Assembly: GCA_006227105.1 (NCBI GenBank)
Contig: SBFR01000200.1
Location: 1-54,843 of the forward strand
Reading direction: 5' to 3'
Source: Bacteroidota bacterium
GTDB taxonomy: Bacteria > Bacteroidota > Bacteroidia > Flavobacteriales_D > Crocinitomicaceae
Length of the DNA stretch: 54,843 nt
The translations under genes were made by a program, and so were the position numbers. Below, in pieces: positions 10,666-21,237 of the stretch. Position 1 is the stretch's first letter; each line of letters opens with the position of its first letter. The notes under the pieces are model-generated. The model saw nothing but the letters and a program-made list of their open reading frames with translations, was not told the DNA's origin and did not search any database.

Positions 10666-11199
10666 TTAGGAAAACCATTTCACCTCTGGAGGCCCAATTG
10701 TCAATTCATAATCAACCCATAAAACAGCAAATTGCTGTTCGAAATAATCTCGGTCTTCTTCAGGAAATTCAATTAGGTGAAGAGACAATTCATCTACAGG
10801 AAAATAAGGTGAGGTCAGCAATTCAAACCAATTTATGATCACACCACTGTTCTTCTTCGTTTGATTTAATGAAACGGTCTGATCGAGTTTTGCAAATAAT
10901 ACCGTTTCCATATCATCCGAGATACACTGCAAAGAGTAACTACCCTTGCCTTTTTCTTCCCGCACTACATCATAAAAATGATCACCATAAACGAATTCAT
11001 TCTTTTTTACCCATTTCAAGGATGCATATTCGGTGGATGTAAAATCAAAGTTGATCAGATCTTTTTTGTCGACACCATTTTTTAAAAGTGTTTTGATCTC
11101 TTTACGAATCTGATATCTTGAGAATTCAAAATACCCAGCAAACCCTAACAACTGCCAGAGCACAATTACCAGAAGTACAGATGCCAGTAATTTTCGCAT
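10666..11199 (-). CDS. Hypothetical membrane-anchored protein upstream of TonB receptor (possible regulatory leader)
   Basis: N-terminal hydrophobic helix, EFVYGDHFYDVV...CISDDMET core, C-terminal IGPP. ATG 11199 preferred over track TTG 11205. Confidence 0.7.
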   Translation of the reverse strand: MRKLLASVLLVIVLWQLLGFAGYFEFSRYQIRKEIKTLLKNGVDKKDLINFDFTSTEYASLKWVKKNEFVYGDHFYDVVREEKGKGSYSLQCISDDMETVLFAKLDQTVSLNQTKKNSGVIINWFELLTSPYFPVDELSLHLIEFPEEDRDYFEQQFAVLWVDYELTIGPPEVKWFS

Positions 11200-11202
11200 A
11201 CT

Positions 11203-11229
11203 CAAAAATACAATCTATTTCTATTTTTG
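11203..11229. promoter_or_regulatory. Back-to-back divergent -7 boxes (TATTTTTG on each strand)
   Basis: CAAAAATA at 11203-11210 (minus strand TATTTTTG) and TATTTTTG at 11222-11229. Confidence 0.6.
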
Positions 11230-11235
11230 TTGTCA

Positions 11236-11865
11236 ATGAAAGAAAAGATCGTCGTAAATAAAACTGCCCGTATCTTCAAAGAAGGAAATGAAGGAAGTAA
11301 TATCGTAGTGCTTACTTTACATGGATATGGCCATTCGGCGGAGTTCTTCATTCGAAAATTTAGTTCTCTTTACGATGATTTCCTTTTCATCGCTCCGGAA
11401 GGTTTACATCGTTTCTATCTCAATGGAACCGAAGGAAGAGTTGGTGCATCCTGGATGACAAAAACAGATAGAGAGGATGATATCAGTGATAACATTCTTT
11501 ACTTAGATAAAATCATTCAGCACATTCTGGATACGTACCCTTCAAAAAAAATAATCTTACTTGGGTTTTCTCAGGGAGGTGCAACAGCTGCCAGGTGGTT
11601 TTATTCAAAGAAAAATCAGTTTGTCAAGAACTTGATCATGTGGGCAACAGTGTTCCCTCCAGACATTGATGAGAACTTAATCCAAAAGGAAGATACAGAC
11701 AATTACTTCGTTTTAGGCAATGAAGATCAATACTATAAAAATGAAGCCGCTGAGAAAGTAAGGACGTATTATCGTTCTTTTGGTTTTAAAACGATTGATT
11801 TTCAGGGTGATCACGATATTAACTCGGAAACACTAGAAGGAATTCTCTCTATTCTTGATCGTTAA
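11236..11865 (+). CDS. Alpha/beta hydrolase (phospholipase/carboxylesterase-like)
   Basis: LHGYG oxyanion motif, GFSQG nucleophile, GNED, GDH; ATG 11236 preferred. Confidence 0.88.
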   Translation: MKEKIVVNKTARIFKEGNEGSNIVVLTLHGYGHSAEFFIRKFSSLYDDFLFIAPEGLHRFYLNGTEGRVGASWMTKTDREDDISDNILYLDKIIQHILDTYPSKKIILLGFSQGGATAARWFYSKKNQFVKNLIMWATVFPPDIDENLIQKEDTDNYFVLGNEDQYYKNEAAEKVRTYYRSFGFKTIDFQGDHDINSETLEGILSILDR

Positions 11866-11914
11866 TTTTTTTCCTTTGGCACAATTTCTGATATTTGCAC
11901 CGAAAATTAAACAA

Positions 11915-12550
11915 ATGAGATACGTACTTACAATAATTGCTCTTTACGCCTTTTCAACTTTCGCGCAGGACGCTAAATCTCAAGGCATCCTTGATAAGTT
12001 GTCTACAAAAATGAAAGGCTATAAAACGTTCTACATCGAATTTTCTGCAACAATCAAAAATTCAGCTACAGGAACGAATGAAACTGAAACAGGTAAAGGC
12101 TGGGTGAAAGGTGATAAATTCTGTGCTACCTATGGAGAGAACACGATCATATCAAATGGAACCAAAACGTGGACGATTGTTAAGGAAGAAAAAACGGTTT
12201 ATGAAACTGATGCTGCTGAAGCGGATGAAGAGTCAATCAATCCAAAGAAATTAATGACCATTTGGGAAACTGGATTTAAGAATAAATACGATCGAGAAGA
12301 TAAACTAAATAATGAGGCAGTACACGTAATTAACTTGTATCCGAAAAACCCGGCGAAAGTTGAATACCACACTATCACTTTATATATTTCGAAATCTTCG
12401 AATGAATTGAAAAAGGCAGTTCTTAAGACTAAAGACGGAACAACTATGACGTATACAGTCAACAAGTTTGACGGAAATACCGCAATCGAAGATTCAAAGT
12501 TTGTTTTTGATTCAAAGAAATACCCTGGATACTCAGTCATTAAGGACTAA
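11915..12550 (+). CDS. lolA: Outer-membrane lipoprotein carrier protein LolA family
   Basis: Signal peptide MRYVLTIIALYAFSTFAQ, GKGWVKGDKF, ISNGTKTW, NP motif, FVFD near C-terminus. Confidence 0.8.
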   Translation: MRYVLTIIALYAFSTFAQDAKSQGILDKLSTKMKGYKTFYIEFSATIKNSATGTNETETGKGWVKGDKFCATYGENTIISNGTKTWTIVKEEKTVYETDAAEADEESINPKKLMTIWETGFKNKYDREDKLNNEAVHVINLYPKNPAKVEYHTITLYISKSSNELKKAVLKTKDGTTMTYTVNKFDGNTAIEDSKFVFDSKKYPGYSVIKD

Positions 12551-12561
12551 AAGGAATAAAC

Positions 12562-12596
12562 AAAAAAAGAGGGAGCAAAATTGCTCCCTCTTTTTT
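12562..12596. terminator. Bidirectional intrinsic terminator
   Basis: A7-GAGGGAGCAA-aa-TTGCTCCCTC-T6. Confidence 0.88.
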
Positions 12597-12597
12597 C

Positions 12598-14598
12598 TTA
12601 ATATCCCATAATTTCTTTAACAGCATTTTTAAACCTTTCCTTTGGAAGGAATTGCGCTTCCAGCGGTACGGCAAATGGAACTGCAGTATCTAAAGACGCA
12701 ATTCGTTTCACAGGTGCATCCAAGTCAGCGAAACAATTCTCAGTGATCAAGGCAGCTACCTCTCCACCGATTCCACCTGTCATACAGTCTTCATGTAAAA
12801 CAATTACTCTTCCTGTTTTTCTCACAGCACTATAAATAGCTTCCACATCCAGCGGAAGTAAAGTTCTCAGATCAAGAATCTCAAATGAGATCTCCGGATT
12901 TTCTGCAGCCACCTCTTCGGCCCACAATACTCCCAGACCATAAGTAATTACAGTAAGATCAGTACCACTATTCACCGTTCTTGCCTTTCCGATCTCTACA
13001 GTGTAGTAATCATCAGGAATTTCCTCCTTAATACTTCTATACAAGTACTTATGCTCAAAAACCATCACAGGATTAGGGTCCTCGATTGCGGCATTGATCA
13101 AGCCTTTTGCATCATACGGCGTGCTTGGATAAACAACCTTCAAACCAGGGGTATGGACAAACCATGCTTCATTACTTTGAGAATGATATGGCCCAGCAGC
13201 TGTTCCAGCTCCAGTTGGCATACGAACAACTACATCTGCATTTTGCCCCCATCTCCAATGGATCTTAGCAAGGTTATTCACAATTTGGTTAAAACCACAC
13301 GTAACAAAGTCAGCAAATTGCATTTCAACAACCGCTTTCATTCCTGAAATAGAAAGCCCTAATCCAGCTCCTACTATAGCAGACTCACAAAGCGGAGTAT
13401 TACGAACTCTGCCTTTACCAAAAAGATCAACAAATCCTTCAGTAACTTTGAATGCCCCGCCATATTCAGCGATATCTTGTCCCATTAACACGAGATTCGG
13501 ATATTTCTCCATGGATTGCTTCAATCCATCCTGAACAGCATCAATAAATCTTTTTTCAGAAGTTTCACCCTGGGCTTTAACAACAGTCTGCTTAAACGGA
13601 GCATACATGTCAGTTAATTCTCTTTCCAAAGAAGCTTCAACTGCAGGTTCAGCCTGGGCAGTATCGAAACCTTTCTGAATTTCCTCTTTGATCTGCTTTT
13701 TCAAAGCAGTCTCATTTTCGTCAGTCAGTATCCCCTCTTCTTTCAAGAATAATTCAAAGTTCATTACAGGATCCTGCTTTGACCACTCATCTTGAAGTCC
13801 TTCGGGATAATATTTGGTTCCAGACGCTTCTTCATGCCCTCTCATTCTAAAGGTCATAAGCTCAAGAATATACGGCTTTGGATCTTTTCTTATTTCATCA
13901 TTGATCTTTCTAACCGTACGAATGACATCAAGAATGTTGTTTCCATTTACCTGAATCGCATTCATACCATAACCAATTCCTTTATCAATAAATTGCTTAC
14001 ATCGGAATTGTTCTGATGAAGGAGTTGAAAGCCCCCATCTGTTATTTTCAATGGCAAAAATCACAGGCAAATCCCATACAGCGGCTACATTTAAAGCCTC
14101 ATGAAAGTCACCCTCAGAAGCTCCACCATCTCCGGTAAATACGATTGTAGATTTCTTTTGATCCTTAAGGACCGACGATAATGCTATCCCATCAGCTATT
14201 CCTAACTGTGGTCCAAGATGAGAGATCATCCCTACAATTTTATGTTCTTGGGTTCCAAAATGGAATGAACGATCTCTTCCTTTTGTAAAACCTGACATTT
14301 TCCCTTGGAATTGGGCAAATAATCTTTCTAAAGGAATATCTCTTGTTGTGAATACTCCCAAATTACGGTGCATGGGAAGTATATATTCTTCTCGATCCAT
14401 TGCATAAGCACATCCAACTGAAATCGCTTCTTGTCCCCATCCGGAAAACCATTTTGTGATCTTTCCCTGACGAAGTAGGATCAACATCTTTTCTTCGATC
14501 AGTCTCGGTCTCAAAAGAGTCTCATAGATCTTCAGTAATTCATCATTCTCAAATCCTGCTCGATCGAATTCTATATGTCGTTTTTCTAAAACTTCCAT
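12598..14598 (-). CDS. 2-oxoacid dehydrogenase E1 alpha/beta fusion (probably branched-chain)
   Basis: TPP motif GDGGASEGDFHEALN...NN, RMRGHEE, beta part GQDIAEYGG, EMQFADF, AGPYHSQ. Confidence 0.9.
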   Translation of the reverse strand: MEVLEKRHIEFDRAGFENDELLKIYETLLRPRLIEEKMLILLRQGKITKWFSGWGQEAISVGCAYAMDREEYILPMHRNLGVFTTRDIPLERLFAQFQGKMSGFTKGRDRSFHFGTQEHKIVGMISHLGPQLGIADGIALSSVLKDQKKSTIVFTGDGGASEGDFHEALNVAAVWDLPVIFAIENNRWGLSTPSSEQFRCKQFIDKGIGYGMNAIQVNGNNILDVIRTVRKINDEIRKDPKPYILELMTFRMRGHEEASGTKYYPEGLQDEWSKQDPVMNFELFLKEEGILTDENETALKKQIKEEIQKGFDTAQAEPAVEASLERELTDMYAPFKQTVVKAQGETSEKRFIDAVQDGLKQSMEKYPNLVLMGQDIAEYGGAFKVTEGFVDLFGKGRVRNTPLCESAIVGAGLGLSISGMKAVVEMQFADFVTCGFNQIVNNLAKIHWRWGQNADVVVRMPTGAGTAAGPYHSQSNEAWFVHTPGLKVVYPSTPYDAKGLINAAIEDPNPVMVFEHKYLYRSIKEEIPDDYYTVEIGKARTVNSGTDLTVITYGLGVLWAEEVAAENPEISFEILDLRTLLPLDVEAIYSAVRKTGRVIVLHEDCMTGGIGGEVAALITENCFADLDAPVKRIASLDTAVPFAVPLEAQFLPKERFKNAVKEIMGY

Positions 14599-14615
14599 TG
14601 TAATAATTTAAAGTA

Positions 14616-14623
14616 CAAAACTA
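14616..14623 (-). promoter_or_regulatory. -7 promoter box TAGTTTTG
   Basis: Exact TAnnTTTG on minus strand, 17 nt before ATG 14598. Confidence 0.55.
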
Positions 14624-14653
14624 AGTATTTCACCATTCTGAAAGGGAAATGTT

Positions 14654-14680
14654 AAAAAAAAAGCCTGTCCAAAGACAGGC
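14654..14680 (-). terminator. Intrinsic terminator of gdhA
   Basis: Minus strand GCCTGTC-tttg-GACAGGC-T9. Confidence 0.85.
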
Positions 14681-14703
14681 CTTAAATATTCGTGAGTAGT
14701 TTA

Positions 14704-16071
<1,368 letters not shown>

Positions 16072-16083
16072 TTATCAACGCGA

Positions 16084-16091
16084 CAAATGTA
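16084..16091 (-). promoter_or_regulatory. -7 promoter box TACATTTG for gdhA
   Basis: Exact TAnnTTTG on minus strand, 24 nt before ATG. Confidence 0.6.
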
Positions 16092-16211
16092 TATATTTTT
16101 TAAACCTCAGAATGTTTTTTGTAAAATATGTTTGGAATCCTAAAATATTCATGCCTACGGCCGATTTATTCGTTCAAAGAAGTTTTCTTTTCATTCCTTA
16201 ATTTCTTGGCG

Positions 16212-16219
16212 TAAATTTG
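16212..16219 (+). promoter_or_regulatory. -7 promoter box TAAATTTG for T9SS cargo gene
   Basis: Exact TAnnTTTG in the divergent intergenic region. Confidence 0.5.
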
Positions 16220-16283
16220 TCATCAATCATAAGCAACCTTAATGAGGTATTTTCCGTTTAAAGGTCAAGACTTAGATATAGTT

Positions 16284-18986
16284 ATGAAAAAAATCCTATT
16301 TACTCAGTTGTTCTTTTTTACATCGCTATTTGTTTCAGCACAAGCATTACCTCCGGTAGTCCTTTGTTTGGGAGAAGATGCTACTGTATGTCAAGGCCAA
16401 ACTGTCACGATCAATAACTGTGGAGCTGGTGGTTCTGGTGGAGGTGCCGGAATTTATCTTAACGCACCAACCAATGTTACTTTGTGGGATGACAATTACT
16501 CAGGAGTGATCAATATTGGTTTCACATTTAACTTTTACGGTAATAATTACAATCAATTGGTGATCGGATCAAATGGTCTACTTTCCTTTGACATCTCAAA
16601 GGCAAATGGATATTGTGCTTGGTCACTTGGGGGAGCCGGACCAGTTCCTGGACCTTTTGCAGATTATCGAAATGCAACAATGGGTTGTTACATGGATATC
16701 AATCCTGGGGTTGGTGGAACAGTGCAATATCAAACAATTGGAACTGCTCCGAATAGAAAATTTGTTGCTCTTTACAAAGAGATCCCGATGTTCTCTTGTG
16801 GAGGTTGTGCTTATTTTGCGATCATTCTGTACGAAACATCAAATATTGTAGAATACCATATTGGTGACAAACCAAACTGTAATTCTTGGAATGGTGGTTT
16901 GGCAGTACAAGCAACTGAAAATACTGGAGCTCCGATGATTGGTCATTTTACACCTGGAAGAAACAACCAACAATGGTTCACAAACCAGGATGGAAAGAGA
17001 TATACACCTACTGCACCGAATAATACGATGGCCTATGCTATTTCAACTGTTCCTTATATTTTGGTTTCCTCCCCTGGAACCAATATGGCATGGGGTAATA
17101 CTTTAGGTCAAACTTTCCCATATAACAATGGAGTTTTAAATGTGGCCAATGTACCTCCGGGTACAACAGGATACTTTGTCACTGGGACAGCATGTGGTGC
17201 TAATATTGGTTCAATTACACAGGATACCACTTGGCTTACTCGTGTTAACTCTGCGGTAACTGCAACTTCAACTCCTGACATATGTAGTAGTGGAATCGGG
17301 ACGGTTACAGCTAACCCAACTGCTGGTATCGCTCCATTTACTTTCAGCTGGCCATTATTGGCTGCAAGTACTCAAACCGTTAATAACGTTTCTGCCGGCA
17401 CTTACACGGTAAGTATGGTAGACGGTAATGGATGTCCTTCGACTGCTTCAGTTACAGTTGGAGACACACCTGCATCTTTTTCTGGATCTACTACAGTTGT
17501 AAGTTGTCCTGGAGGAGCTGATGGAACTGCATTTGCAGAAATGACTCCACAGTTAGGGACTGTTACTTATTCATGGAATGACCCTAATAATCAAACGACG
17601 CAGACTGCTACTGGACTTTCAGCAGGCAATTACACGTGTACAATTACTTCAACTGTTGGCTGTGTTGGAACAGTAGATCTTACCGTAACTGAAATCCCAG
17701 GAATGATCGGTACTATTTTGAATCAGACGGATGTGACGTGTAATTCAGGAAATGATGGAATGATCGAAATTGGTGTAACTCAAGGTACAGCTCCTTATGC
17801 TTATAGCTGGAATAACTCTTCTTCTACTTCCAATATTGCGAACGATCTTTATGTGGGAGATCATACTGCTACTATTACGGATGCAAACGGATGTGTGATT
17901 ACTGTTGATGGCACTTTGGCAGAACCTCTTCCTTTATCAATTACATTCCTGACGCCAGACACTCAAATCTGTCCAGAGGATGACATCTTACTTGAAGTTC
18001 AAGGAACAGGTGGTTCAAGTCCTTATACATTTACTTGGTCAGAAAATGGACAAACGATCGGCACAGGAACATCTATCACTGTTGATCCTGTAAGCACGAA
18101 CACAACCTATTGTGTAGTGATGTCGGAAGCATGTGGATCACCAACGACACAAGAATGTAATTTGATCTACTTCCCTACTCCTATTGTACCGAGTGCTGTC
18201 CCTGATAGACCAGAAGATTGTATCCCAGCTGATTTCATATTTACAAATGATTCGGAAAACGGATCAGAAATCGCAACAACGCTTTGGGAATTCTCAGATG
18301 GCTCTACTTTCTTGAATAATGGTCAGGATCCAGTAAGTATTGTTTTTGATGTTCCAAACTATTACTCTCTGAACCTTACAGTGACATCAATCTATGGTTG
18401 TGTTTACACAAGCTCTCATCAAAACATTGTTGAAGCATTACCACTTCCGGTAGCAGATTTCACTTTCTCGGCGAATCCAGCGACCATTTTTGAAACGGTT
18501 ATTCAAATGCAGGATCGTTCAAGCTTTGATGTCATTCAATGGGAATGGTTTAGTCCAGGTTCAACTCCGACATATAGCTATTCTGAAAACCCAACATTCT
18601 TCTTCCCTGAAGGAGAACCAGGAACCTACCCTGTAACGTTGATGGTAACAACAGAATATGGCTGTACAGATACGGTGACATATCTAATGAATATTGTTCC
18701 TGCAGTTTTGTTCTATGCTCCTAACGCATTTACTCCGGATGACGATGAATTCAATCAGAATTGGGAATTCTTTGTATCAGGTATTGATATATATGACTTC
18801 GAGTTATACATTTTCAATAGATGGGGAGAGATCATCTGGGAAACTCATGATCCTTCTGCAACTTGGGATGGTACTTACCACGGAGAAATAGTTCCGCAAG
18901 GTGCGTACAACTGGAAGGCTACTGTGAAAGATCCTTACAAGGATGACAAAATGGAATTTAAAGGACATATAAATGTCTTGAGATAA
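16284..18986 (+). CDS. T9SS type-B CTD (gliding motility-associated C-terminal domain) surface protein with NIDO-like, SprB-repeat and PKD domains
   Basis: Signal peptide from MKKILF; DDNYSGVINIGFTFNFYG...SNGLLSF; SprB-type repeats (VTCNSGNDG...GTAPYAYSW...TDANGC); PKD; CTD PNAFTP...IFNRWG...WDGTY...GAYNW. Confidence 0.9.
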   Translation: MKKILFTQLFFFTSLFVSAQALPPVVLCLGEDATVCQGQTVTINNCGAGGSGGGAGIYLNAPTNVTLWDDNYSGVINIGFTFNFYGNNYNQLVIGSNGLLSFDISKANGYCAWSLGGAGPVPGPFADYRNATMGCYMDINPGVGGTVQYQTIGTAPNRKFVALYKEIPMFSCGGCAYFAIILYETSNIVEYHIGDKPNCNSWNGGLAVQATENTGAPMIGHFTPGRNNQQWFTNQDGKRYTPTAPNNTMAYAISTVPYILVSSPGTNMAWGNTLGQTFPYNNGVLNVANVPPGTTGYFVTGTACGANIGSITQDTTWLTRVNSAVTATSTPDICSSGIGTVTANPTAGIAPFTFSWPLLAASTQTVNNVSAGTYTVSMVDGNGCPSTASVTVGDTPASFSGSTTVVSCPGGADGTAFAEMTPQLGTVTYSWNDPNNQTTQTATGLSAGNYTCTITSTVGCVGTVDLTVTEIPGMIGTILNQTDVTCNSGNDGMIEIGVTQGTAPYAYSWNNSSSTSNIANDLYVGDHTATITDANGCVITVDGTLAEPLPLSITFLTPDTQICPEDDILLEVQGTGGSSPYTFTWSENGQTIGTGTSITVDPVSTNTTYCVVMSEACGSPTTQECNLIYFPTPIVPSAVPDRPEDCIPADFIFTNDSENGSEIATTLWEFSDGSTFLNNGQDPVSIVFDVPNYYSLNLTVTSIYGCVYTSSHQNIVEALPLPVADFTFSANPATIFETVIQMQDRSSFDVIQWEWFSPGSTPTYSYSENPTFFFPEGEPGTYPVTLMVTTEYGCTDTVTYLMNIVPAVLFYAPNAFTPDDDEFNQNWEFFVSGIDIYDFELYIFNRWGEIIWETHDPSATWDGTYHGEIVPQGAYNWKATVKDPYKDDKMEFKGHINVLR

Positions 18987-19014
18987 AAAAAAGGAGGCTT
19001 CGGCCTCCTTTTTT
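18985..19014 (+). terminator. Intrinsic terminator
   Basis: A8-GGAGGC-ttcg-GCCTCC-T6 (UUCG tetraloop). Confidence 0.9.
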
Positions 19015-19027
19015 CTTTGGTACTGTT

Positions 19028-19057
19028 TTTGACCTTGAGAAGAAAATAGTAAGTTTG
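19028..19057 (+). promoter_or_regulatory. Bacteroidota -33/-7 promoter
   Basis: TTTG at 19028-19031 and TAAGTTTG at 19050-19057. Confidence 0.6.
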
Positions 19058-19073
19058 ACAAAATCATATTAAA

Positions 19074-19817
19074 ATGAAAAAGACGATTATTATACCTGTT
19101 GTTGCATTTGCTACACTAGGACTAGTTGCTTGTGATGTACTTGACCAGGCGGCACAAACTGTTCTGACAACACCTACTAATACAAAACCTTCATTGACGA
19201 ACGATGAAGTAATATCCGGTTTAAAAGAAGCACTAAGTGTGGGAATTAAAAATTCGGTTGATCTAACTTCAGTAACTGATGGATTCTGGGGAAACAGCGA
19301 AATCAAACTTCCTTTCCCTGAGGATGCAATCAAAGTAAGACAAAAAGCAATGGACTGGGGACTTGACAGCCAGGTTGAAAAGTTTGAAGTTACATTGAAT
19401 CGTGCAGCAGAGGAAGCAACAAAAGAAGCTCTTCCAATATTTGGCGATGCCATAAAGAATATGTCTATTTCTGATGGATTCTCGATTCTTAACGGTGGTG
19501 ATGGAGCTGCAACAAAGTTTTTGAAGGATAATACTACAAGTAAATTAGTTGAGGCCTTCGCTCCAAAAGTTGAAGCTGCTATCTCGAAAGTAAAACTCAC
19601 GGAATACTGGAACCCTATCATTACTAAGTATAACAACGCAATGACTATTACCGGAGGTGAAAAATTGAATCCTGACTTGAATAAATATGTCACTGAAAGA
19701 GCTATTTCAGGTTTGTTTATCATGGTTGAGAAGGAAGAAAACAAAATTCGAAAAGATCCTATGGCAAGAGTTTCTGATTTACTGCAAAAAGTATTCGGAA
19801 GCGTTACTGGAAACTAA
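19074..19817 (+). CDS. DUF4197 family lipoprotein
   Basis: Lipobox LVAC, GLKEAL, DGFWGN, LNRAAEEA, GLFIMVEKEENKIRKDPMAR...LLQKVFG. Confidence 0.9.
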   Translation: MKKTIIIPVVAFATLGLVACDVLDQAAQTVLTTPTNTKPSLTNDEVISGLKEALSVGIKNSVDLTSVTDGFWGNSEIKLPFPEDAIKVRQKAMDWGLDSQVEKFEVTLNRAAEEATKEALPIFGDAIKNMSISDGFSILNGGDGAATKFLKDNTTSKLVEAFAPKVEAAISKVKLTEYWNPIITKYNNAMTITGGEKLNPDLNKYVTERAISGLFIMVEKEENKIRKDPMARVSDLLQKVFGSVTGN

Positions 19818-19835
19818 TTCCCTAAACCCCAATAG

Positions 19836-19863
19836 AAATGCCGTGTTTTACGCGGCATTTTTT
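19836..19863 (+). terminator. Intrinsic terminator
   Basis: AAATGCCGTG-tttta-CGCGGCATTT-TTT. Confidence 0.7.
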
Positions 19864-19874
19864 ATTTTTACCGT

Positions 19875-20738
19875 ATGAAGTATTTCCCAAAATCTGAATT
19901 GGTACTGAACAGCTCTAATGAAGTATATCATCTAGGACTGAAACCAGAGAATATTTCAAACAAGATCATTTTAGTTGGTGATCAAGAAAGGGTCGGATTG
20001 GTAAGCTCTTTTTTTGATGAGATCACTCATCGTTCTCAACACAGAGAATTCAATTGTCATACAGGAATGTATAACTCAAAAAGAATCTCTGTACTATCTA
20101 CTGGAATTGGCACCGATAATATTGATATTACCATCAATGAAATAGATGCCCTCTTGAACATCGATCTTGATACAAGGACCGAGAAAGCACAAAAACAGTT
20201 CGCTGAGTTTATTCGAATTGGAACGTGTGGAATTCTTCAGGAAGATATTCCATTGCACTCTTATATATTGTCATCTCATGCTCTTGGTCTTGACAATATT
20301 GCTTATTTCTATGATATAGACTTGTCCCATAATTCAAGTTTACTAGAAGAAATCACTTCTTCTATCGAATTTCCAGATTCTGTCATTCCCTATCTTGTGG
20401 AGTCATCACTTGACTTGACGGAAAAATTAAATTCAGAAAAAGTTCACCAAGGAATAACCATTACCTCTTCTGGCTTTTACGGACCACAAGGAAGGCAACT
20501 ACGACTTAAGACCAAAACAGAGGAACTCAATGAGCAATTAACTGCTTTTAAAAGCGATAAGCTAAGAATAACCAATTTTGAAATGGAGAGCTCAGCCTTA
20601 TTTGCGCTTTCTCATGCACTTGGACATAAGGCAACAACAATTTGTCTTGGGATAGCCAATAGACCTTTAATGCATTTTTCAGAAGGATATCACGACGAAA
20701 TGTTGAAAATGATCGAGTATACTCTTGACAGGATCTAA
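19875..20738 (+). CDS. Nucleoside phosphorylase (uridine phosphorylase-like)
   Basis: YHLGLKP, VGDQERV, STGIGTDN, IRIGTCG, GFYGPQGR, NFEMESS. Confidence 0.9.
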   Translation: MKYFPKSELVLNSSNEVYHLGLKPENISNKIILVGDQERVGLVSSFFDEITHRSQHREFNCHTGMYNSKRISVLSTGIGTDNIDITINEIDALLNIDLDTRTEKAQKQFAEFIRIGTCGILQEDIPLHSYILSSHALGLDNIAYFYDIDLSHNSSLLEEITSSIEFPDSVIPYLVESSLDLTEKLNSEKVHQGITITSSGFYGPQGRQLRLKTKTEELNEQLTAFKSDKLRITNFEMESSALFALSHALGHKATTICLGIANRPLMHFSEGYHDEMLKMIEYTLDRI

Positions 20739-21208
20739 TTCGATACAGGTCGATAAATTTTAATACTCCCTTTGATCATTTCACTTGTTCGAAAAATGGA
20801 TCTTCCTACCTTCTTACCAAATTGCCCGGTATTCTGATGTAAGATCACAAAATCACCTTCACCTTTTACTTCAGCGATAATTGCAGTATGGTGGGTCATA
20901 ATTTCGTTAAACGTCTGACCATTTCTTTCATACTTTAGTTTAACATTCTTGAACTGCACAATATCTCCAGGCATCACACAAGCGCTCTTAGAAAGTTCCT
21001 CACCATAATTATAAAGTCCATCCCATTTACAGTTGTTTTCATCCAATACCAGCTTCGCCAGATCCCAGCATTCACCCCTCAGGACTTTTTTACCCACTTT
21101 TTGTTCTGCCAACGCTACGATCTTTGCATTCAGTTCATTTACTGAATCGCATTGAGAAAATGCATAGTTACCAATGAGAAATGTTAAAAGAAGAAAAATT
21201 CTGCTCAT
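20735..21208 (-). CDS. Secreted CHAP/papain-fold-like hypothetical protein
   Basis: Signal peptide; GECWDLA, PGDIVQF, HHTAII, LHQN. Confidence 0.65.
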   Translation of the reverse strand: MSRIFLLLTFLIGNYAFSQCDSVNELNAKIVALAEQKVGKKVLRGECWDLAKLVLDENNCKWDGLYNYGEELSKSACVMPGDIVQFKNVKLKYERNGQTFNEIMTHHTAIIAEVKGEGDFVILHQNTGQFGKKVGRSIFRTSEMIKGSIKIYRPVSN

Positions 21209-21237
21209 GACGATATAACGCAGTAATGATTCTGAAA

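Noticed and set aside
17250..18000. Repetitive sequence in the T9SS cargo gene as a DNA repeat array
   Set aside because: Only degenerate protein-level SprB repeats; no exact nucleotide repeats or CRISPR structure.
19064..19744. 226-aa antisense ORF
   Set aside because: Lies almost wholly opposite the well-supported DUF4197 gene and has no recognisable motifs; a shadow ORF.
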